Shown piece by piece: positions 26,590 through 32,000 of a DNA stretch of 32,000 nt. The notes under the pieces were generated by a model. It made no database searches, was not told where the DNA came from, and was given only the letters and a program-made list of their open reading frames with translations. The DNA is from Haloferax volcanii DS2. GTDB taxonomy: Archaea; Halobacteriota; Halobacteria; Halobacteriales; Haloferacaceae. The translations under genes and the position numbers were made by a program. Every line of letters begins with the position of its first letter. The first letter of the stretch is position 1. Location: NCBI RefSeq assembly GCF_000025685.1, contig NC_013967.1, positions 810,001 through 842,000 of the forward strand, written 5' to 3'.

Positions 26590-28034
26590 CATCCGTTCTA
26601 GTTTAACGAAGAATCCAGTTGCTGTCTGTTGATTTGATATCGTCGCAACTACCTGATTGAGAAACCCGGTGGGAAGTATGACCTACAGCCCACCGGATTC
26701 GGTCATAGTTGACCGGATTCAAAGAGCGTTTCCCTCTGATGAGTTGCGCGAGCGCGCTCGCGCAACGAATCTCGTCCAACGAGAGCGGAAATTCGACATC
26801 GTTGCGCTGTTCTACACACTCTCGTTTGGCTTCGCTGCTGGCTCAGACCGCTCTCTCCAAGCATTTCTCGAACGCTACGTCGAGATGGCTGACTGTGACG
26901 AACTCTCCTACGCATCGTTCCACGACTGGTTCGAACCAGGATTCGTTGCACTCCTTCGAGAGATTCTCGATGACGCAATCGAGAATCTCGATACCGGACG
27001 AGAAGATTTGAACGGCCGTCTCGAACGCTTTCGAGACGTCCTCATTGCTGACGCAACCATCGTTTCGCTGTACCAGGACGCCGCTGATATCTACACAGCA
27101 ACCGGCGACCATCAAGCCGAACTGAAACTTCACCTCACCGAATCTCTCTCGACTGGGCTCCCGACACGATTCCGGACAACCGATGGGACGACTCATGAAC
27201 GGAGTCAGCTACCCACCGGTGAGTGGGTAGCTGACGCCCTCATCTTGCTCGATTTAGGCTTCTACGACTTCTGGTTGTTCGACCGAATCGACCAGAACGG
27301 CGGGTGGTTCGTCTCCCGGGTGAAGGACAACGCGAACTTCGAGATCGTCGAAGAACTGCGAACGTGGCGAGGCAACAGCATTCCGCTGGAAGGAGAGTCG
27401 CTGCAGGCCGTCCTTGAGGACCTGCAGCGACAGGAAATCGACGTACGCATCACGCTTTCATTCGAGCGCAAACGAGGGTCGGGCGCCAGCGCGACCCGGT
27501 CGTTCCGATTGGTCGGCCTGCGTAACAAGGAGAGCGAAGAGTACCATCTGTATCTGACGAATCTGGCGAGAGAAAGCTACAGCGCGCCCGATATCGCGCA
27601 GCTCTATCGGGCGCGCTGGGAGGTCGAACTGCTGTTCAAGGAGTTGAAGTCGCGGTTCGGCTTGGACGAGATCAAGACGACCGACGGCTACATCATCGAG
27701 GCGCTGATCATCATGGCCGCAATTTCGTTGATGATGAGTCGTGTAATCGTGGATGAGTTACGGTCGCTCGAGGCAAGACAGCGAGAGGGCGAAGCCGCCG
27801 CAGACGCCGACTCGTCGGCGTCGCGGCTCCCTCGGCGTCGCTGTTCGCTCGCCGTGGAACGCCACGGTCATCTAATCCAGTTGTATCTCATGATCGAGTT
27901 GGGCTACGAACTGCCGGATTTGGACGAGCTGTTGCTGTGGGCGTCGCGTAATCCAAATCCACACAGGCAACGGTTACGTGAGCAGGTTGAACGAGGTGAG
28001 TTCGGCTTTGATCGCTACTAAACTAGAACGCATG
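26590..28034 (+). mobile_element. IS4-family insertion sequence nested in the right end of ISH3 copy A
   Basis: 1445 bp. Terminal inverted repeats are CATCCGTTCTAGTTTA (26590-26605) and CATGCGTTCTAGTTTA (reverse complement of 28019-28034), matching at 15 of 16 positions. It has a 10-11 bp target duplication and a single transposase ORF. Confidence 0.9.
26678..28021 (+). CDS. IS4-family DDE transposase
   Basis: 447 aa from ATG 26678 (the ORF-track TTG at 26657 is less likely). DDE candidates are LIADATIV and LLDLGFYD. The IS4 hallmark Y-2-R-3-E-6-K is present in YRARWEVELLFKELK. The stop TAA forms the first 3 nt of the right inverted repeat. Confidence 0.9.
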   Translation: MTYSPPDSVIVDRIQRAFPSDELRERARATNLVQRERKFDIVALFYTLSFGFAAGSDRSLQAFLERYVEMADCDELSYASFHDWFEPGFVALLREILDDAIENLDTGREDLNGRLERFRDVLIADATIVSLYQDAADIYTATGDHQAELKLHLTESLSTGLPTRFRTTDGTTHERSQLPTGEWVADALILLDLGFYDFWLFDRIDQNGGWFVSRVKDNANFEIVEELRTWRGNSIPLEGESLQAVLEDLQRQEIDVRITLSFERKRGSGASATRSFRLVGLRNKESEEYHLYLTNLARESYSAPDIAQLYRARWEVELLFKELKSRFGLDEIKTTDGYIIEALIIMAAISLMMSRVIVDELRSLEARQREGEAAADADSSASRLPRRRCSLAVERHGHLIQLYLMIELGYELPDLDELLLWASRNPNPHRQRLREQVERGEFGFDRY

Positions 28035-28044
28035 CCGGGCTAGC
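28035..28044. repeat. target-site duplication of the nested IS4-family element (right copy)
   Basis: CCGGGCTAGC, identical to 26580-26589. Confidence 0.9.
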
Positions 28045-28212
28045 CAACAGTGGGAGTGGCGACGCTGTCGCGTCGGCGGCAGCCGCCGCCGACAGCGACG
28101 GCTCTCCGCCGATCCGTCCATGATTCTGTCGTCGAGACCGCCAATGCAACCGCTCGGCCACAGAATTCAGGCTTCAGAGACAGCTAGCCGAGGATGCTTT
28201 GTGAGGTACTGA

Positions 28213-28419
28213 TATTCTGTCTGGGAGCACGGTAATTACTTCGTCTTCGACAAAGACACCGGTGAGCCGTTTGAGATCACGGTTGAAGATGAAGATATCT
28301 ATCTCCACGCAAAAGAGAATACCACATCTACTACGTTCCGCGATTTCTGTAGCTTAGTGTTTGAAGAGTTCGACTCGACATATTCCCTAGAAAAGAACTC
28401 TCGGAGGCTGAAGGCGTAA
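28213..28419 (+). pseudogene. 3' fragment (68 codons) of an unknown gene truncated by ISH3 copy A
   Basis: The frame opens right at the IS boundary, where the preceding in-frame codon TGA (28210-28212) is built from the IS end. It runs without stops through AT-richer DNA: YSVWEHGNYFVFDKDTGEPFEITVEDEDIYLHAKENTTSTTFRDFCSLVFEEFDSTYSLEKNSRRLKA. The stop TAA at 28417-28419 lies 1 nt before the next ATG. There is no start codon and no N-terminal part in the window. Confidence 0.55.
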
Positions 28420-28420
28420 G

Positions 28421-28639
28421 ATGACCGAACAGTGGGCCAAACAGCAGCGTGAGGTTGATTCCTACAACCTCTTCTTCAGTTCTTTCGATGGGCTCTCGGG
28501 TCACAAAGCGCTGTTTGATTTAGGCTATCGGCTTGTCGGGAATTTTGTCACGGTTGCCGACTCTCGTCGACAAATCGAAACCGAACCCGACTTCGTGCTG
28601 TTCGATGGTGAAACCGCTCTTCTGATTGAGATCAAGTCT
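28421..28639 (+). pseudogene. 5' part (73 codons) of a PD-(D/E)xK-signature gene interrupted by ISH3 copy B
   Basis: MTEQWAKQQ...IETEPDFVLFDGETALLIEIKS. The PD...E-x-K spacing (PDFVLF x9 EIK) resembles restriction-endonuclease-fold or Hjc-like nucleases. The ORF-track tail QYFTKRPRLAVSEA is read-through into the IS inverted repeat. Confidence 0.65.
28635..28639. repeat. 5-bp target-site duplication of ISH3 copy B (left copy)
   Basis: AGTCT lies immediately outside the inverted repeat. An identical AGTCT is at 30038-30042. Confidence 0.85.
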
Positions 28640-30037
28640 CAGTACTTCACAAAGCGTCCTCGGCTAGCTGTTTCTGAAGCATGAGTTCTGTGACCGAGCG
28701 GTTGGACTGGCGGTTTCGACGAGAGAATCATGGACGGATCGGCGGAGAGCCGTCGCTGTCGGCGGCGGCTGCCGCCGACGCGACAGCGTCGCCACTCCCA
28801 CCGTTGGCTAGCCCGGACGGGAGTTACCGGTGGAACCGGTCGTCCGGTGGCCGGTTCGCGGGGACGGCCCGACGCGTCGCGAGGGCCGTCCACGCTGCCC
28901 GTCGGATCATGTTGATGAACTCCTTGAATGGCCACTGCCAGAGGCGACGCCCGCCTCGGCGGGGCGTCGCCACGTACTCCCAGTGCAGATACCGCCACAC
29001 GTTCTGTAACAGCAAGCTCACCACGACGTACAGCAGCCGTACAACCGGATTTTGTGTCGAGGTCGTCGCAATCGTTTGCTCGGAGAGTCGGTAGCTCGCC
29101 TCGATACCGAAGCGTTTCGCGTAGTGGTATCGAGCGTCTCGTGGTGAGTTGATGAACGGCGCGTCAGCGGCGTAGCCGTGACGCGCCACGCCATGTTCGT
29201 CGTACCGTCCGTTCTGGTAGGTACAGTCGATGTAGACGGGAAACTCGACGGTCCAGCTGTGACCGTCGAGTTTCGCTGTCAGACTGTGCTGAATCACGCG
29301 ACTCCACCCTTCCGAGAGTTCTCGCTTGATCGCCCGTCCCCAGCGGACGATCGGCATGACGTAGGCGTGGTTGTGCGCCTGAAGCAGCGTCAAACACTTG
29401 CTGTCGTAGAATTCGCGGTCAAGATAGACGGCCTTGACACCGAGGTCAAGGCCGTCGAGAATACCGAGGAACTCTGCGAGGACACTGCTGGCGGTGTCGC
29501 CGTCTTCGAGACGGCGCACCGCCAGCGTGTAGCGTTTGTTCTTCACGCGCGCGTAGAGTGTCGCGTACGCGTGGAACGCGGTGGTTCCACGCTTCGCTTG
29601 TGAGTGATACAGGCCGTCTGTATCGTCTTCGTCGCCGTAGTAGGGCCGCAGGTGGAGGTCTGCGCAGACCTCCACCTGCTGGGGAAGGACGTCGAGAACG
29701 TCTTTCTGGAGGAGCATGTTGCCAACCTGTTCGAGCGTTTCTAGATCGAATTTAGTGCGGAGATGGTAGAGAACGGAGTTTTCGTGGGGTGCATCTTCGC
29801 TTCTCTCACAGAGCGTTGAGACCGAGGTCCCGTCGGCGCAGGCGCCGACGAGGACCTCGTAGATGTCTTCAGCATCGAGTTCAGCGTTTTCAGCGAGTGA
29901 GAGAGCAACTTCCTCGTCAAGAGAGTTGACGAGGAAGTTAAGGAGCTGGTCCTCGTGGATTTCATCGTCTGCTTGCTGGGTTTTAGACACACCTTCTGCA
30001 AGCAGACCTTCTAACTAAACGGCTTTGTGAAGTACTG
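28640..30037 (-). mobile_element. ISH3-family insertion sequence, copy B (apparently intact)
   Basis: 1398 bp. Perfect 16-bp terminal inverted repeats CAGTACTTCACAAAGC at 28640-28655 and 30022-30037 (reverse complement). 5-bp direct repeats AGTCT. Single uninterrupted transposase ORF. Confidence 0.92.
28824..29990 (-). CDS. ISH3-family DDE transposase
   Basis: 388 aa with a GTG start. The N-terminus ..DDEIHEDQLLNFLVNSLDEEVALSLAENAELDAEDIYEVLVGACADGTSVSTLC, together with VCADLHLRPYYGDEDD, VYLDREFYDS and RFGIEASYRLSEQ, matches what I recall of haloarchaeal ISH3-family transposases. Confidence 0.9.
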   Translation of the reverse strand: MSKTQQADDEIHEDQLLNFLVNSLDEEVALSLAENAELDAEDIYEVLVGACADGTSVSTLCERSEDAPHENSVLYHLRTKFDLETLEQVGNMLLQKDVLDVLPQQVEVCADLHLRPYYGDEDDTDGLYHSQAKRGTTAFHAYATLYARVKNKRYTLAVRRLEDGDTASSVLAEFLGILDGLDLGVKAVYLDREFYDSKCLTLLQAHNHAYVMPIVRWGRAIKRELSEGWSRVIQHSLTAKLDGHSWTVEFPVYIDCTYQNGRYDEHGVARHGYAADAPFINSPRDARYHYAKRFGIEASYRLSEQTIATTSTQNPVVRLLYVVVSLLLQNVWRYLHWEYVATPRRGGRRLWQWPFKEFINMIRRAAWTALATRRAVPANRPPDDRFHR

Positions 30038-30042
30038 AGTCT
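30038..30042. repeat. 5-bp target-site duplication of ISH3 copy B (right copy)
   Basis: AGTCT, identical to 28635-28639. Confidence 0.85.
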
Positions 30043-30762
30043 GGAACGAATATCAACAACCGAGATATTCAGCAGACGGAGCGGTGTGACGACCTCAGTT
30101 ACGAGAGTGTAGTTGATTTCCTTCGCGATGCCGAGTTTGAAGGACAGTTCGATCCAAACGACCTGAGCAGTGTTGAGCCAGTTATCGTCTACTATTCTGA
30201 CTTCCTCGATGAGTGTCGAACTGCTTCAGGTTGCTTGAATGCACTAAACGAACTAAGCCAGTACTGTACTGTTCTTTCTCAAGGCAAAGGAGGTGTACTT
30301 AAAATTGAGGAAGGTGGATTTGAGAGTAGTGATCTTGACTCACTTCTTCGCGAAGGCATCCAACTCCCGAAGTTAGTTGATAAGAAAATCTACCTGACTG
30401 AGAACGCGAATCGAGAGATACTTGCGTATTCTATCGCACATGACCTTGTTTTGAATAATTTGGGGAAGGACGACCGAATCGCGATCTCACCGTCGGATGT
30501 CATAGAACGCTACCGTCATAGGGAGATTCCACTCGAGAAAGTTCGGGATGCATTACGATTTTTGAGAAAGATTGGGGGCTGCCGGCAAAACTCTGATGGG
30601 ATGTTTGTCTTCGGCACCCATCATCTCGGGAATTTATTGCAGGTCCAAACGCAACTGGAACAGACTCGAGTGAGAGATTATCTTGACGGGGATGAGGCAA
30701 ACCAGATGAGTCTGGGTGAGTTTGCTCAAGCGACAGATATGAATGGTGGGTCAGAAAACTAG
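30043..30762 (+). pseudogene. 3' part (239 codons) of the IS-interrupted PD-(D/E)xK-signature gene
   Basis: The frame is open from the IS junction (GTNINNRDIQQTERCDDLSYESVVDF...) and is the same frame as ORF-track 30235..30762. Joining 28639 to 30043 keeps the reading frame. The C-terminal region (ISPSDVIERYRHREIPLEKVRDALRFLRKIGG) looks winged-helix-like by eye only. Confidence 0.65.
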
Positions 30763-30812
30763 TTTCTGAGGGTCCCTTGTGGGATCAAAGAGGAACGTCC
30801 GCCACGAAATCA

Positions 30813-30876
30813 GGTCTCGCTCTCGCACGCGGGGCAGTCGCGCGAGACCACCTCCGAATCGGAGACCTTCGTCTCC
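30813..30876. repeat. cluster of short palindromes built on GGTCTC/GAGACC
   Basis: Three elements: GGTCTCGC (30813-30820) pairs with GCGAGACC (30842-30849); TCCGAATCGGA (30853-30863) is self-complementary; GGAGAC-cttc-GTCTCC spans 30861-30876. The cluster lies between the island gene stop (30762) and the tRNA 3' end (30913). Confidence 0.6.
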
Positions 30877-30912
30877 GGGGTTGAGTTCGGAGATGGCGAA
30901 GGAAACAGTAGA

Positions 30913-30985
30913 AGCCGGTGGAGGGATTTGAACCCTCGGCCTATTCCTTACGAAGGAATCGCTCTGCCAACTGAGCTACACCGGC
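30913..30985 (-). tRNA. tRNA-Thr (anticodon CGU)
   Basis: The minus strand folds by hand as GCCGGTG-TA-GCTC-AGTTGGCA-GAGC-G-ATTCC-TTCGTAA-GGAAT-AGGCC-GAGGG-TTCAAAT-CCCTC-CACCGGC-T. The 7-bp acceptor, D, anticodon and T stems all pair. The T loop is TTCAAAT. The anticodon CGT is preceded by T33. There is no intron and no encoded CCA. Confidence 0.9.
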
Positions 30986-31077
30986 GCGGTGGGCTTTCGA
31001 ACGCATTCTTCCGTACCCCGGTTACGTAATTAAGACTTGCGAATCACCCCGGCGTCTGTCGGTCGGCACCAGCCCGC

Positions 31078-32000
31078 TCACGCCCGCTTCGTCAGGCGAA
31101 CGTCGAGACAGACGTTGTACTCGTGGGGGGCGTACGACCGGACGACGTACTCGTTCACGACTTCGACTTCGTAGGCCGGTTCGGCGGCGGCGCGCACGGC
31201 GGCGAGTCCCGGGCCGAACGGGTCGTCCTCGTGTTGGATGTCGTAGAGGTGAATCACGCAGTCGTCGCTCGCGAGGCGGACGGCGGTGTCGAGGAAGCCA
31301 CTGGCGCTGTGGGGGAGGTTCATGATGAGCCGGTCGGCCCAGCCCTCGTAGTCGGCGGCGACTTCGCGAACGTCGCCGTGAATCGCGGTGAGTCGGTCGG
31401 CCACGTCGTTCCGCGCGGCGTTCTCCCGGAGGAACGCGACGGCCGCCTCGTTGAGGTCGCAGGCGACGACTTCCGCGCCCGCGGCGGCGGCCGGGACGGC
31501 GAACGGGCCGACGCCGGCGAACATATCGAAGACGTGTTCGCCCTCCTGAATCGCCTCGACGACGCGGTGGCGTTCGGTGGCCAGTCGGGGCGAGAAGTAG
31601 ACGGTGTCGATGTCGAGGCGGAACTCGTGGCCGTACTCGCGGTGGACCGTCTCGGTCGAGTCGCCGACGAGCACGTCCCAGTCGCGGACGCGGAGTTCGC
31701 CTTTGACCTTCGAGGCGCGGTTGACGACCGTCTCGGCCTTGAGGTCGGAGGCGACGATGGCGTCGGCAATCTCGCGGGCGCGGTCGGGATCGTCCTCGTC
31801 GAGGATGACGATGTCGCCGAGTCGCTCGTACGAGGGTTCGAAGCCGAGCAGGTCGGCGGGCGTGGTCTGCGTCTCGCGGGCGGGTGGCTCGTAGTCGACG
31901 ACCGTCAGGTCGTCGGGAACGGCGTCGGCGTCGACGACGGGAATGTAGAGGGTCCCCTCGGCGACGGTAATCTCGTGGTCGTGGTCGAGCAGGCCGGCGT
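31078..32000 (-). CDS. trm5: tRNA (guanine37-N1)-methyltransferase Trm5/Taw22-like (Met-10 family), 5' end outside window
   Basis: SAM-binding motif VFDMFAGVGPFAVPAA and catalytic-region motif MNLPHSA. The GTG at 31674 in the ORF track is internal. My hand translation shows the frame stays open to the window edge (...ITVAEGTLYIPVVDADAVPDDLTVVDYEPP...ERLGDIVILDEDD...VKGELRVRDWDVLVGD). Confidence 0.85.
   Translation of the reverse strand, partial: AGLLDHDHEITVAEGTLYIPVVDADAVPDDLTVVDYEPPARETQTTPADLLGFEPSYERLGDIVILDEDDPDRAREIADAIVASDLKAETVVNRASKVKGELRVRDWDVLVGDSTETVHREYGHEFRLDIDTVYFSPRLATERHRVVEAIQEGEHVFDMFAGVGPFAVPAAAAGAEVVACDLNEAAVAFLRENAARNDVADRLTAIHGDVREVAADYEGWADRLIMNLPHSASGFLDTAVRLASDDCVIHLYDIQHEDDPFGPGLAAVRAAAEPAYEVEVVNEYVVRSYAPHEYNVCLDVRLTKRA

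Larger units (their letters stand above)
25358..28211 (+). mobile_element. ISH3-family insertion sequence, copy A (inactivated; carries a nested IS4-family element)
   Basis: Perfect 16-bp terminal inverted repeats CAGTACCTCACAAAGC at 25358-25373 and 28196-28211 (reverse complement). After removing the nested element and one target-duplication copy, the length is 1399 bp, against 1398 bp for copy B. The flanks AGTCT (left) and ATATT (right) do not match. Confidence 0.9.

Noticed and set aside
28063-28097. A GC-rich imperfect palindrome (CGCTGTCG...CGACAGCG) in the non-coding right end of ISH3, also present at 28754-28788 in copy B.
   Set aside because: It is conserved in both IS copies and is therefore part of the element, probably a transposase-gene terminator or binding site. 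It is not a host feature, so it is not reported as an independent finding.
28681-29094. A 137-aa ORF and other ORFs antisense to the ISH3 transposases (26302..26592, 29178..29603, 25577..26029).
   Set aside because: They are mirror images of the transposase frames, with basic, low-complexity translations. They are present only because the IS coding strand is stop-poor on the complement.
25358-30037. The two ISH3 copies in inverted orientation could form a composite transposon carrying the IS4 element and the gene fragments.
   Set aside because: Copy B has its own perfect 5-bp duplication inside a single reconstructable gene, so it inserted independently. The copies also differ in their IR variant and at several amino-acid positions, and no duplication flanks the outer ends (AGTCT at 25353-25357 versus AGTCT at 30038-30042 is explained by copy B alone).
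30986-31077. A TATA-like TTAATTACGTAA (minus strand, about 31023-31034) upstream of tRNA-Thr, considered as its promoter.
   Set aside because: It lies about 37-48 nt upstream of the mature 5' end. That is further than the usual position at -26/-27, so it would require a processed leader. This is plausible but too uncertain to list as a feature.

Overview
This is a high-GC haloarchaeal (class Halobacteria) chromosomal segment. The predicted proteins are strongly acidic. First genes of transcription units have TATA-like boxes about 25-35 nt before the start codon (leaderless style), and internal cistrons carry GGAGGTG-like Shine-Dalgarno motifs with ATGA/GTGA start-stop overlaps.

Positions 1-25,350 are ordinary core genome:
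- methylmalonyl-CoA mutase (5' partial), acetyl-CoA synthetase and a second acyl-CoA synthetase
- a Tat-secreted Cys-containing unknown
- a five-gene Liv-type (HAAT) ABC transporter operon with a thioredoxin-fold gene coupled to its 3' end
- a universal stress protein (UspA family)
- a heme-copper oxidase subunit I with three small cox-cluster ORFs
- Drg GTPase, a MATE exporter and a fused two-domain VOC/glyoxalase
- archaeosortase A next to diphthine synthase
- DoxX, two small zinc-finger proteins, a Rieske protein and an Lrp/AsnC regulator

Positions 25,358-30,042 are the only accessory stretch:
- Two diverged ISH3-family IS copies sit in inverted orientation. Copy A is dead (a +1 frameshift plus a nested IS4-family element with a 10-11 bp target duplication). 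Copy B is intact (1398 bp, 5-bp duplication AGTCT).
- They bracket and interrupt an AT-richer foreign remnant next to tRNA-Thr(CGU).
- The remnant holds a 5'-truncated ORF translationally coupled to a gene with a PD-(D/E)xK nuclease-like signature. Copy B splits that gene right after its E-x-K motif.
- Removing the IS in silico restores one 312-codon ORF.

This IS-broken, tRNA-adjacent two-gene module is the best candidate for something undescribed, but it is degraded and its function is only inferred. The window ends in a 5'-partial Trm5-type tRNA methyltransferase gene. No CRISPR array and no rRNA were seen.
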